From assembly GCA_030141605.1 (NCBI GenBank), contig JAQGDQ010000668.1, forward strand, positions 59,384 to 115,734: DNA of 56,351 nt, read 5' to 3'. Positions 14,560 to 27,074 of this stretch are shown here, piece after piece. A program made the position numbers and the translations under genes. The notes under the pieces are model-generated. The model searched no databases, had not been told where the DNA came from, and saw only the letters and a list, made by a program, of their open reading frames with translations. The DNA comes from Tubiluchus corallicola (Eukaryota > Animalia > Priapulida). The stretch's first letter is position 1. Each line of letters opens with the position of its first letter.

Positions 14560-15050
14560 TGTGAGGTAGATTATATCCCTAGCTTATTAGCATACTCACA
14601 AATGTCACAAAAGTGAAACACAATTGTTAGAAAATTTTCTATTAAATACAATGGCACTTACATATGGAATTCAATTGCTCCAGCTATTAAAAATGCCAAC
14701 TCGCTGTCCATATTTAAAAAAATTATAAATTAAACTTACTTGAAACATATAATTGATCACTCAATCATGATTTGTTGTTTTTCATTTTCACAAACTTCTC
14801 CTCTAGTATAATAATATTTTTATTACTTCCCACCCGTATTTATATTTGTATATATTGTAATATTGTATCTGTATATATTGTATTTTTTTGTAACTAATTC
14901 TAGTGGCCTACCATAAGCTAGCTTCTTAGGTCTCTAGCGCAGAATTCATGAATTGTATCATATTTTTCTATATACAAAAACTGATTATCGATGCACATGT
15001 AATGCATGTGTATATGTTTATTGCGAAATAAATCTATAAAATCTAAAATC
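14560..15050 (+). mobile_element. CR1/L2-clade LINE 3' remnant
   Basis: From 14626 reads VRKFSIKYNGTYIWNSIAPAIKNANSLSIFKK, the typical ORF2 C-terminus, followed by an AT-rich UTR ending AATAAATCTATAAAATCTAAAATC. Confidence 0.65.
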
Positions 15051-17302
15051 GAAAAGTGCAAAATAAACAAATTACATAATACAACTAAAATATTACGATG
15101 ATGTCCGACATACTTTGTTTATTGTACATTAATTACCTTTCAAGTTTATTGTTTTTGGGGTTTACAGTCATAAGTTTGCACTGAAAGTCAATATTCTGGG
15201 CAGCTAATCTCGTCATGTGATGCAGTTGTAAATGCCTGCAAATCACTTAAGAACTAAAGTATTTTGTTAAATAAGTAATATTTGCAAAGAAAGAATTTGT
15301 TTTACACTGTCGAACGAAAATTAAATATGACTAAATCATTTCACAAATACATATAAACACTGCAACATTGACAAGGTAATGCTTTCAGTTAGCTTTCCTC
15401 AACGTCCTCTATTGCACATCTACATGCTCATTATGTATTAGGCAATATTCTTGTCCAGCTATAATACGTAAATTAAGGCATTACTTTACTAATGTGTTAC
15501 AGTTTGTAGAGCTGACAACTTCTAACTTCGTTTAAAAACACATTTAACAAAATAAAGCAACAAATTTCCTCGCCATGGCTTTCTGCTAATCTCCACACTC
15601 TCTTTTTTGCTCTCCTCTGCTCCGTCTTCCTAATTTGCCCAACTAGTTCACTAATCAAGCCATATTACATCTATGACTCAAGCACAGCTTAGTCAAGCGC
15701 AACAAATGTACACATTTTACAAATATTCTCTCTTTACAGATTCAGTCAAGTGTTTGCTCGGTTACTCTTTGAGTTAAGTAAACATATTCCTTTAAATGAA
15801 ATACTTCACAAACATTGTATACTCCGACAATGTAACGTTTTTGCTATACATGCGATTTCAAATAGTGCAGTTAGAAGTTTAATTGTTGTGCCGGATTTAC
15901 TTGCTGGTCGTTGAGAAATTTCACTTATTACACAAGATTCTTTTTTGCAGGTAAAAACAGCCAATGATTCTGTTAAGAGGGATTTTTAGTCGTTGTAATG
16001 ATCACATTTTTGTGTCAAGATAATTTTTAGGTTTTGTATGTCTTCAGTACATTTATTAAGTGTTTTATGCTGTATTATGTTCAGTAAAATTAATGAAGCG
16101 TTTTTATGGGGTAAAGGCGGTTTTTTCTCAAGTAGTTAAATTATTTGCCTACTTAAACAAAAACAGCCAACATCTTCAAATAGCTAATGTAATATTCAAC
16201 CGGAATAATTATGTTATTTATGCAAATGCAGATCATAACGTTCTGTGCGCTAATGATATTTTAAAAACAAATGTGTAAAATTTAACGCAGCAGCAGGCCA
16301 CAGCTTAGCTGGAACAACAGGTTGCCATGGTGTTTGTGACGCGCAGCTACTACGTCCATGGTCCTACTGTAGCTTCTCACATTGGAAATTACTAAAGGTT
16401 GGCGTTGCTATGGTGACTTAGCAATTTTTGTCTGCCATCTTGGGACGAGTTAAAAAACAATGCAAATCTGTAATTGCACTACTTGCAGTCGTATGAAAAA
16501 CTAAATTACTTATAGTTATGCATTTTAAATTACAAATATTTTCAGGTAGAAATGCATAAGTATAGCTTACACAAGCCAAGCACAAAAACACTGTAAAAAA
16601 TGCTGCACTATTATTAGCATAAGTATATTGTCATATATACATATATATAACCATCAGTCAAACTGCAAGTTTTGCAAGTTCTTGTCAAATTTCTTTCATA
16701 ATGGCATTAATTGAACGTAATTGACGGTATAACTGATTACTTTTATCCATCAGTTGTTATTCAAACTGCTGACTGTTTAAATTGTAGTAAATTTTAGTTT
16801 CTTGAAAGACTTGATCACGTTTTCTTAAAATTAGTTTCTTTTAAATTTCAGGGAATAAATCACTCTTTTAGTGTCGCTTGTCTACGTATTTTAAACGGCA
16901 TGTAAAATCTTTAAGTTCCCCTGTTCAGTTAAGTAGTTTAAATGAGATTGACGTTGTTTACGTTTGAAACATATTCAGAGATTCCACACATTATGGCCTA
17001 CCTTTCACGGTTTTTGAATTATCTATTTGTTTTTGTATCTATATCACGCACTATATGTATATATCTATCTATCTATATATATCTAAAATAGACCATATAT
17101 GTGTATGTATGTATATATTATATCGCAAAGCATTTTGCAACAAGTCTGATAATGCAAAGCAAAAAGTTACAATAAACTAAACCACTAAACATACAGATGC
17201 TTCATTCGCTTTCTCTTGCATATTGCCAGTTCTCAATTCAATTTAGGTTGGTTTTTACTCTCTTGATTAACACCGTCATTATTTAATAATCTTAAGCATT
17301 AC

Positions 17303-17535
17303 TTAGTCATTTTTCTTGTAAGACACCCAATTATCATGCAGCAAAGTCGCATCTTCACTCTCAAATGTTTCACACTCATTAGTTTCAGTGTTATAACTAA
17401 ACGCTTGACATGAACTTTGTTGCATACATTTAAATTGACAGCTTAATTTTGAATTCCGTCCTACTGCAGGAGACGGTGTGCTTGGTGTTACTCCAGCACT
17501 CTGTGAAATCAGCTTGAATTCACCTTTTAAAACGC
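17303..17535 (-). CDS. Mosaic lectin gene, last exon: PAN/apple domain and stop
   Basis: tttttcag|; encodes VLKGEF...SKLSCQFKCMQQSSCQAFSYNTETNECETF...WVSYKKND then stop (CxxxCxxxxxCxxFxY...C pattern). Confidence 0.88.
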
Positions 17536-17824
17536 CTGAAAAATAAAACATGATTAACATAAATCTGTACAGATTTGCAAAGTGGAGTCGAATGTTATAG
17601 ATAAACCTTAGCAGTTGTAAAAATTAATGCTAAACTAACATGTTAACATCTAATTTTGCCTTTTTCCAAATTAACTTAACTTAGCAGCTGATAATAGAAA
17701 CACTATTAATAACATGGTAACTTCCTTTACGAAGTGCTTTCATTTCCTTCAAAGTCAAAAGTTGCTGAGCTAGGAAATCTTCCCCACTTACACTACTTAT
17801 CAACTCAAATTTTCTAGTACTTAC

Positions 17825-17950
17825 GTTCACACGTAATGCCATCTCCAAAATACTGCTCATCACATTCGCAAGTAAAACTGCCAGGTGTGTTATGACACAG
17901 ACCGTAAACTGGATCACAATTATGGCTGCCACTTGAACACTCGTTGATAT
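17825..17950 (-). CDS. Mosaic lectin gene exon: calcium-binding EGF domain
   Basis: DINECSSGSHNCDPVYGLCHNTPGSFTCECDEQYFGDGITCE; 126 nt, phases 1-1, donor gtaagt. Confidence 0.92.
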
Positions 17951-18214
17951 CTAAAAATCACATTTGAGATTTTATTTTACTACTGGATAGCAAAGTTGAC
18001 GGAGAATTGTCTTTTATCAATACAACAGCATCATAAATGTATTGGCATTAGTCTTTTGGACATGGTTATTAACTGCCATTGTCTTATTCTAGCTCTCTTA
18101 TTAACACCTCTGTTTCTCAAATGCTGTGAAAAAGATTGAATAAACTTACAATTTTACTGCATAAAGTCATATACAATTCAAAGTACATTAGAACAGTTGA
18201 TCAGCTATTCTTAC

Positions 18215-18328
18215 CTATTTCACAATATTTGCCTCTGAAACCAGTTTGACAAACACATGAAAAACTGTCTATTTTGTCGATGCAACTGCCACCGTTTTTG
18301 CAATCAACTCCAGCACAGTTATCTTCAC
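18215..18328 (-). CDS. Mosaic lectin gene exon: EGF domain
   Basis: EDNCAGVDCKNGGSCIDKIDSFSCVCQTGFRGKYCEI; 114 nt, phases 1-1. Confidence 0.92.
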
Positions 18329-19520
18329 CTAAATAACAAATTCAGTTACTGGAAATACAAAAACCAAGAGATATTGTTAGTAAACTAAATGTAGACAGTT
18401 TTGAGCTAGAACAGAGCTTAAAGCACAAGAAAAAGCTCTATTTCCAAAAAAATTAAAAAAATTCATTTTATAAGTTTTTATCACTTTCTTGTTGTCTTAT
18501 TGCACACAGAGCTTGCATCGGCAGTAATGTTGTATAAAACTTGTAAATTTAAACTCCTGTGATGACTGCTAGATGCAAGTCTGTAACTGTAAGTCGTTTG
18601 AAACAAGTTTAGATAACATTGCATAAAGTTTTAAAAAATAATTAGATCATTCGTACTACATTATTCACCAACTAAGCAAAACTGTAAATTACTTTATATT
18701 ATCAGCAAAGTGTAGGAATAAGAAGTGACGAAACCGCCTATTGTTACGTATTTCGTTTTTGCTAATAGCGGTTATGCTGGCGGCATCAAATGGCGGATGA
18801 TTAAAACACTTTTGAGCCGCCTTTTGACTGTAATAATTGGCATACGCGCAATTTTGATAAGCCAAAATCACTTTTGCATTTTTAATAGAAGAATATCTCA
18901 AATAAAAGCAATTATTAGTTTGAAAAAACTAAAAACATTTCATGAAAACGAAAAATAGTTGTAAGCACTTGTAAATACTTCTTCAGCTTTCTTGTAAGTA
19001 AAATTTTACTGTTCTTCCTCTCAGAGAAAAAGAGAGGGAGAGAAAGAGAGAGAGGGAGAGAGGGAGGGAGAGAGAAAGAGAGAGATCCTTCTTTTCTTAA
19101 GGTTGAAGGCTCTGTCATTAATTTCTTAGTCATTTGACTCCAATGCGAGGTGACGGATTTGGCACATTAAAAATTGCACCCATTTACGTGCCTTGCAATT
19201 AATCTGTATAATACACATAATGTAGGTTTGCACATAAATAATGCGCACAAACACGCATGCATACAAGTAACTGCATACGGTGCTTTATATATAAATAATC
19301 AATACAGTAACAGAGATGAGTAGAACTGAACTGCCAGCCTAGGGCGTCGTAACATCTTGATAATCCATACACACACACACGCACACGCACACGCACACAC
19401 ACACACACACACTCATATACTTGTATGACGTATGCATTAGTACATGCTGAGATTCTATGAAGCTGAGCCTATATATATAACAATATAAATTGGCTGCCCT
19501 TAGCACCTAGGCCTATATAA

Positions 19521-19951
19521 CAGGGCCGGAACTAGATGTGGCAAGCAGGGAGGCCGCAAAAATTTTCTGGGGGGGGGCGAGGTATCCGAAGTGGTTAAAT
19601 AATAGTTAAGCCAATTTTTAACCCCTTTTATACTGCATGCAGGCCTATAATTAGCATGTGTGTAGGACGGCGTAGCGGACAGAGCAATAATGAGAAAATT
19701 AACTCTCAGTTAACCTAACGTTATTAATGTGCCTCTAACTAAATTGTTATTTACAGAAATTTATCACACACAAGTTTTAAGAAAATAATACCCTGAAGCT
19801 ACCAAACATTTTTTTACCTAATTCTAATTCATATTGAAAATGATTACCTGCGAACTGCAATATTCATTGCAAAAAAAATTATTTGTCCGATTTTGCAGGC
19901 GCAAAATTACGACAGGGGGCGCCCCATCGCTCCCCCCTAGTTCCGCCCCTG
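19521..19951. mobile_element. hAT-type MITE
   Basis: TIR CAGGGCCGGAACTAG / CTAGTTCCGCCCCTG (14/15); flanks CTATATAA / TAATATAA. Confidence 0.78.
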
Positions 19952-21027
19952 TAATATAAAATCAATTAATTTAAACCCATCAATAAATAAATTATTTATC
20001 AAGACTTGTCTGTGGATTACCACAGGTGTTTTATTAGTAATCAACTGTATTTAATGAACATTTACTTTGACGTAAGCCTAACTGATCCTAAGAAAATTAG
20101 GCTAAATGTAAGCGACGTCTACACATGATATATAAGGTGTTATGACCCGCGTGCAGATTCTAATTTAAGTGCCAGGTTGGCTTCTCATCTGAATTCTGTA
20201 ACTTGATTTTGACCTAGTTAGTTGGTTGTTATAGAGGTGGAAGTAATGTCAGACGCTTAGGATGACAGCTCTGATGTTTCGTTTTGTTATTTTTTGTTCA
20301 CTGATAAAAAAAAAGGGGAGTAATGTCGCAAATGCTTCTTCGTTTGTCCAACGTGATTTTATAACCAACTCCAACTCATAACAAAAGCCAATGTATGATT
20401 ATATGCTTTTTAAACATCTTTTAACTTGGAATTAACAAAACATGCAGATGCTTAGATTAAGTTTTGTTCAGGAAAAATTATTTACTTTTCTGAAAAAATC
20501 GATTTTTTTTCTATGAACGGTGTTACACATGAAAGTCAGGCCTAATAAACTTTAAAATTTCCTTTTCCTTCCCTATAATTAATTGAGTAAAAGTTGAATA
20601 TAGTATCAACAGCTTTATACAACAAAACCTCTGAGATGCTAAGCTTTCTTATGCTGTTTGACAAACTACACGCCACTATATACTCAATGGTGGAATTATT
20701 AATGACGCAAGTAAACACAGATACTCGTTGTGGTTCTGCAAAAATGTAGTTTGTAATAATGTAAGTCTTGTGTAGATGCTACTTTACGTAAAGAATGCTC
20801 CATTGCTAACAATATATTCATTTCTTAACCTCAACGTTGATTAAAACAAATATTATTACAGACTGTATTATTATAGGGCCAACCTAATTTTAAACACAAG
20901 TTCTATTTGTCCTTGTAAGTTGTTCAACCTATGATCTAACGTTGCTCCTGTAAAACCGTTGTGCTGATGGCGTAAATAAACATAGACACAAAAATCTGCT
21001 AAGAAAAACAAGTCAAAATCTACATAC

Positions 21028-21102
21028 CATCACATTCGTATCCTCCATTGTACAGAGGCCTACAGGTTTCCCCTTCTGCACAAGGTAGCATCTCACAATG
21101 AG
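21028..21102 (-). CDS. Mosaic lectin gene exon: short 4-Cys EGF-like module
   Basis: HCEMLPCAEGETCRPLYNGGYECD; 75 nt, phases 1-1; tttcag| ... |gtatgt. Confidence 0.82.
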
Positions 21103-21744
21103 CTGAAATAGAAAAAACAAAATAAATTGGAAAGAATTTTGATGCACAACGATTAATTCTGCTGTTGTAAACTTTACTGAACACAAAATCAAGCTGTAAA
21201 TTAATCTAGTCTGGTAATTTACTCACTTATATGACACTCTATCAAATTGATAAGATTGACATTAATTAAAACTAAAGCACTCAAATTTATCAGTTTATAA
21301 TGATCCAAAATAATACAAAAATCATGTATTTACTTACATCATATGTCTCAATACAGCAAATGTAGTATTTACTAATATATCTAACAAAATACACACAATC
21401 AACTGCGAAAACTGCTTTATCACTAATAAGTAAAGAAGCCTGTTAACGTCTACCAACTAACTTGTTTGCCCAGGTAAAAACAGATGTGCACAGGTGAATG
21501 ATCGTGGTCACATGACCAACAAGATACCTGGCGGAATTCCCTAAGAAAGCTCCAGGAAACAGAGGAATGGCAAACGTACGTCGTTTGCTCCATTACGCTA
21601 AGATATAGCAAATGAGAGCTGTCATAAATCAACAATGTTTCACAGAATTATGGTACACTAAAAAGTAAATGGTGGATTTTAAATACATGCCAATGTTGAG
21701 TGAAAAAAGTAATCATAACTTAGTTTATTGGAAAAAAGTCTTAC

Positions 21745-21969
21745 CTGTGTATTCACAAATAAAAGGGAGTACACACTGAGTATCACAAGGTGTCCCAGAA
21801 CGATTACCCCACCCATTTCCACATGGGGCCTGGAGTATATGAGAGTCATGAGCCATATAAGCACAGTCTGTGTCATCATCGGAGTAAACATTCTCCCAAA
21901 ATGGATGACCGTCCGTCCAACAGAAGTCAGCATCTCCATTCCATGGTCCAGCAGCCAAATCACCACCAT
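21745..21969 (-). CDS. Mosaic lectin gene exon: C-terminal part of CTL domain 5
   Basis: DGGDLAAGPWNGDADFCWTDGHP...DTDCAYM...CVLPFICEYT; 225 nt, phases 1-1. Confidence 0.85.
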
Positions 21970-22022
21970 CTGAACATAGTAAAGACAAACGCAAAATTGT
22001 ACAGCGAAAGAATCTTTCTGGA

Positions 22023-22625
22023 CTAGCAAAGAACCCACAATAATCAATAATGCACAAACATCCTACATTTAGTGTTCATTTATTTACTTAACGCAGAGTC
22101 TGCAACTTTTACAGAATTAAAGTTGTAGGCAGAGTACAATGGAATGACGTCAGGACAATGTAAAACATCAACAGAATTCTAAGCGAGAATAGCCCGAAAT
22201 GGAACCTCCAATCAACTTGCCGCCACTCCTCTTGGCGTAGGTGTCCTAAAATATAACCCACGTCATCGCGTAGCCCTATTTATCCACTTTCCAAAGAATC
22301 TCTTAATTTCCAAGAGTCCCAACACGCGCAGCTAGAATGTTTTTTTTATAAGCTGTTCAGTCAAAACGTCCAAAAAATTGGAGTTGAGTCAATAAAAAAC
22401 ACCTAGAGGACGCGGTGGACCGCCCGTGAAAACTAAACACGCCTATAACACCCATCACCAAACGGGCTATTTAACCCTTATAAGCACCACCCTTGTCACG
22501 TTCCTGTTCTCTAGCAAGAAGTATAACTTTTGCAAAAAACAGGATAAAAGGGCCATTTTCCCCTAAAAACGTGCTTATTTTGCTTAATAGTTAATCCACG
22601 GATGCCAACCGCAGATCGGATATAC
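22023..22625 (-). mobile_element. Helitron-like non-autonomous element, inverted diverged copy of 50503-51317
   Basis: Reverse complement shares TATTTTAGG, TCGCTTAGAA, TCCATTGTACTCTGC and GTAGGATGTT, and ends TTTGCTAG|T. Confidence 0.65.
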
Positions 22626-22667
22626 ATTCTCCCCTCGCGTGCTAAGCAAAACAAATTTTCACATAAT

Positions 22668-22742
22668 ACCGCCTGAAGCAAGTATTGAACCCAGGTCAGT
22701 CAGCATGAAGTACAGGAACTCTATCAATAGACTATAGAACTC
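22668..22742 (-). mobile_element. Probable tRNA-derived SINE head
   Basis: Minus strand has A-box-like TAGTCTATTGATAGAG and B-box-like GGTTCAATAC; no intact cloverleaf. Confidence 0.4.
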
Positions 22743-23530
22743 GTCATTGATTTATAATGAAAGGTGCAAGTTCGATGATGAAGTGCGAATTTTACAGTTT
22801 TAGCGCAACTGGTAAAAGGAAAAGTTTTTTTCAACTTCACTTGGTACCAAGTCAAAATTAAGTCCAATTTTGTGCCAAAAATGTTTAATACAAATGGTGA
22901 ATTGCTAGAAATGGAAAAGCAAAGCTTTCTGGGAAGTTAGGCTTAGTTCAATGTTTGTGAAAAATGTTAGAAGGATTTAGTGATAAAACTGCCATAAGCA
23001 CCTCGTGTAATTAGTAAAATCAATTTAAAGTCGCGATCATTTCATGCTTGGGCGCTTCCATTTTCAATGACCATTCTTCTTCCAATGACGTCATTCGCCT
23101 TGAAGAAAAGTAGTGCATTGTCAATCTTCGTCAAAAGTATAAGCTTTTACAAAGAAATTAGATGTTTTTTGTGTGAACATTAGGTAAGCTGCAGAAGTTT
23201 GAATTAGTTTAAGCAGTGCACATTTTCGGAAAGCCACGATGCTCATAGGAAAAGTAACGAAGTCTCCCAGTTACGTCATGATTTTCAAGTGAATGGCGGC
23301 AACGACCACAAATGGAAATTTCTCTTCATAGGTAATATATTTTAAATACATGCTTAATAGGCAGTTCTTTAGAAAATTTCTCTGTTACGTTTTTCGACGT
23401 TTAAGTGATAATAGTAAAATAAACCCAACATATTGAGTGATTTGTTCTTTCATTTAAACACTTATGTCTAGCTTCTATTGTTCTCGCAGCACAGGTCACA
23501 AAAACACGTAAAACAAGTAACTTTTCAAAC

Positions 23531-23622
23531 CTGCAGCTCCAAACACTTCGTTGTTGTCAGCATATAAGTATTTTTGGTGAAATTCACTGAATCTTATTCC
23601 TGGCCAAAAATCTTCAGCAAAT
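23531..23622 (-). CDS. Mosaic lectin gene exon: middle of CTL domain 5
   Basis: IFAEDFWPGIRFSEFHQKYLYADNNEVFGAA; 92 nt, phases 2-1, bridging both neighbouring exons exactly. Confidence 0.8.
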
Positions 23623-23681
23623 CTGCGAATCAAGAAAAGTTTTTTTAGCAGTTACGTAACAAATTTTGGTAACATTAAATA

Positions 23682-24190
23682 CAGGGTGTCGCATAAGTTT
23701 TCTACATTTTTTAACAAACAAAGAAAATGTTTGAAAATCGATACAGATGAACTAAAACCATTGGCAATTCTCTAGTCAACTTAGACGAAAGTCTGAAAAG
23801 CTGCACTGCACTAGCAGATTTTGCTACTTTTGCTACTTTCTTCAGGGACCGCAAGAGGCTTAGAGAGCAATCCATTGGCAGGACGGGCATCTTGCATTGA
23901 GAAAGTCTCTCACAGCTCACGAGTGGTGAGAAAGGGTTGCACCTTTTTGGGAATCTCCATTGTTAATAGTGAGAAAATAGTGTGGTCCATCTGGTGCACT
24001 GAATTTCCACCAGTCGGTGATCGAAGGACCTCATTTTTAACTTTACCTTTCGTCACCATAGCAACCAAATTCGAGTAAAAAAATAAATGAAAAGAATTCC
24101 GTTTCATTCTTCTAGGAGCTTGCCGAGATTGGAGAAAAATGTAAAAAGAAAATTAGAAATGAAAGTGTATGAAACTTTTGAGACACCCGG
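23682..24190. mobile_element. Tc1/mariner-type MITE
   Basis: TA|CAGGGTGTCGCATAAGTTT ... AAACTTTTGAGACACCCGG|TA: TIRs with a TA TSD. Confidence 0.75.
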
Positions 24191-24358
24191 TATTTGTCTT
24201 ATCCACACATTTTTATGGATAACATGTGTTCAAGCCTTAACTATAACAAAAAGAGAATAGCTAAACTTTTAAACAGGTACTGAATGCACTTTAACATAGC
24301 AAAGCAAATAAATTCATAATTTGCCATCGCAGATCTAGAACTTCAGTAATGTCATATC

Positions 24359-24755
24359 CAGAGGCGTATCAAGACTTTAACATGCCCTAGGCTAATAGTT
24401 CTCAATTTTTTATAATTGTTTATGTAATGAGCGGATAAAACAATTACTTGTGGTGTATTAGAAACATTGTTAACCTGGTTTCTATGTGGTCATTACTAAT
24501 TACATGTATTTGCACAGGACTTATATTTAAACAGACTGCACAGCTGTTTGTGTAATAGCTCGCGCCTGTTCGTTATGTGGCACATAATATAAAAGCTGAG
24601 CCTACTAACTGCCTGTGGTGTGTTATAAAATGTGCCCTTTAAATGAACATGAAAGTACACACATTTTCCGAGGTATAAGAATTTTTCTAAAATGTGACGC
24701 CCTCCGACTTTGGCGCACTAGGCTATAGTCTAGTTTACTGGTTAATACGCCCCTG
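24359..24755. mobile_element. hAT-like MITE
   Basis: TIR CAGAGGCGTATC / AATACGCCCCTG; second copy at about 6055-6420; TSD not clean. Confidence 0.7.
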
Positions 24756-24875
24756 GTAACCCAAACACAAATTTCAGACAAATTTCAAAAAAGATGATCA
24801 ACTAATTGCTGAGCAGCAAATATGGCAGAAGATCAGTGATAAGTTAAACTTTACATCATAAATAGCTTTACTTAC

Positions 24876-25050
24876 ATATTAGCTAATTTTATCCACTTGT
24901 ACACGTTATTGTCTCTCAGCATTCCAGTAAACATTGTTTCATCATCTTGACAGGCATCAGTAGCAGAGGAAAAGTCCATAGCTTCACTTACTCTCACACA
25001 GCTGTACGTTCTTGGTACGTAGTTATAACCAGAAGGACAAATATAACTTT
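24876..25050 (-). CDS. Mosaic lectin gene exon: N-terminal part of CTL domain 5
   Basis: SYICPSGYNYVPRTYSCVRVSEAMDFSSATDACQDD...WIKLAN; 175 nt, phases 1-2. Confidence 0.88.
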
Positions 25051-25133
25051 CTGAATATATCATAAAAAATTAATACCGTCTCACACAGATATACAGATGT
25101 TGAATTTGACACATATTATAGTTGTGCAGACAT

Positions 25134-25265
25134 ATTTAAAGGAAAGGCTAACTCCTTTCGGAAGTTATTTAAAGGAAAGGCTAACTCTTTTCGGAAGTTA
25201 TTTAAAGGAAAGGCTAACTCTTTTCGGAAGTTATTTAAAAGAAAGGTTAACTCTTTTCGGAAGTT
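25134..25265. repeat. 33-bp minisatellite, 4 copies
   Basis: Unit ATTTAAAGGAAAGGCTAACTCTTTTCGGAAGTT. Confidence 0.9.
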
Positions 25266-25415
25266 AAGCTTATGTTTGCGAAAAATGTTAGAATGATTTA
25301 GTAATAAAAGAGCGATAACCGCCTTTAGTAATAAGAAAGTTACTGTAAAGTTGTAATCATGTCTTAACTGACAAAACCGAAGTCGTTGTGTCTTGTGAAC
25401 AAAACTGAAACTCAC

Positions 25416-25562
25416 CTGGCAGGTAAGCGCGTTCGGGCAATAACCGCACTTCACAAATGTACTGAAGCTGCTCCTGACACGGAAAGTAACGGACGACATT
25501 AGTTCCAGAACTCGGGACGTAAGCTAGGCAACCGTCGTCAACGTCTCCTTCAACTACAAGTC
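25416..25562 (-). CDS. Mosaic lectin gene exon: C-terminal part of CTL domain 4
   Basis: GLVVEGDVDDGCLAYVPSSGTNVVRYFPCQEQLQYICEVRLLPERAYLP; 147 nt, phases 1-1, donor gtgagt. Confidence 0.87.
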
Positions 25563-26085
25563 CTGAATGGAAAAAAAAACATTGCTGATAAGCAGGGCTG
25601 TACCGTAGATGTGGAGTCAGCAGTAAATTTATTGTTAAAGGAGTCAGAGTTGTTAGAAATTAGGGTTTTGGAGTTGGAGTCGGGACTTGGGAGTACACTT
25701 ATTGTTAGAGGGGTAGGTAAAAAATAGACAAATTCAACCTCCAGCTACTCCTAACTTTTAATGCATTTATGCATAACGTCCCATTTTGGGACGCTTTCAT
25801 ATTGGTGTTTATGCAGTTAGAAGCAGTAGTGATGAAATGTCACTGTAGCTAAATATTGAGAGTATTACAAACTAGCATTTAAAGGCAGGAGTCTGGCATA
25901 ATATTGGCCAAATACTTGAGGTATCATTAAACACTGTTAACATTGCTTTCTTTCTCTTTATCTTCCGTCCCTCTCTTTTTCTTACTCACTTTTTATTTTT
26001 CACTCCTTCTCACAGCTTTACATTAGTGCTTGTATTATTCAAGTAAATTCAATGAATGTATTTCCTAATTATTTTTTTCACTCAC

Positions 26086-26165
26086 CATAGTTGGACAAGT
26101 CTACAGATGTACCTTCATATCCTCCATACACAGTGCCATCATCCAGCCTCAGGCCAAGCCACACA
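26086..26165 (-). CDS. Mosaic lectin gene exon: middle of CTL domain 4 (WLGL motif)
   Basis: VWLGLRLDDGTVYGGYEGTSVDLSNY; 80 nt, phases 2-1. Confidence 0.87.
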
Positions 26166-26462
26166 CTGTTTAAAATGAAAAGGTAATTTTCTCTGCAATA
26201 TATTTTATAAAACATATCTGTTTGAAATGTCTGCCTTTGGTAAAAAGCAAATAAATGCTCATCGGGTTGCCCTAGGCTGCAAAATTTACAGGAGTGCAGT
26301 TTGACAGGAAAGACGAGTCTATCCCAAAAAATACATAACTATTCCAATTGTTAATTAAAATAATTAAAACTGTTAGACGAGTGAATACGTTGCTGTACCA
26401 GGTCAAATAAAATGATGTTCTGTTAATAACTTAGTGGAGAACTTCTAGAATGAAAAACTGAA

Positions 26463-26996
26463 AGGAAGATAATTTTTCATATACTACCCCATTTCAAGTC
26501 TGATAAAAGCATACAATTAATAGTACAAAAGCATTTCTGATAATGAAGGTATATATTATAAACTTAACTAACGGAGGGCAAGCCCTCCATTGATGACATC
26601 ACAAACTAACATAATTTTCAGCAGCAAAAATATTTAGCGAGCGGTGTTAGATCGGCACTAGCAATTGTATTTCGGATTGCACAAAAAACAGGTAATATAG
26701 TTCTCAGTCAAATACGTTAGTTTGTGACGAGCACACATCCGACAGCTTTTAGTACAACACACTGAATATCTAACAGTAGCACTGTACTTCAAAAACACGT
26801 GCAACATGCTCATGGAATATTTTTGATGTTGAAAATTATGCTAGCTTGTGATATCATCAATAGTTGGGCTCGCATGCCGTTAATTAAGTTTTTAATCTAT
26901 TATTTAATTATCAGAAACGCGTTTGCAGTATTAATTGTGTTAAAAAGTTTACTTTTATCGGACATGAAACTGGGGTTGTATATGAAAAGTCTTCCT
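26463..26996. mobile_element. Long-TIR fold-back MITE, Kolobok-like
   Basis: Imperfect arms of about 180 bp; termini AGGAAGA...TCTTCCT|TTAA; the right arm recurs at about 34520-34758. Confidence 0.7.
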
Positions 26997-27074
26997 TTAA
27001 TGATTTTCACTGACAAAATTTTCCCCCATGCAATGCAAACTGCTGCATCAACTACTCAAGGTTTAAAAACTTAC

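Noticed and set aside
16321-16417. RFX X-box-like motifs GTTGCCATGG and GTTGCTATGGTGAC as a promoter
   Set aside because: They lie between two 3' gene ends inside what looks like a degenerate inverted-repeat element, with no adjacent gene start.
21450-21635. Possible extra exon in the lectin gene
   Set aside because: No domain motif, its open frame does not fit the phase-1 neighbours, and exons 21745 and 21102 join in phase without it.
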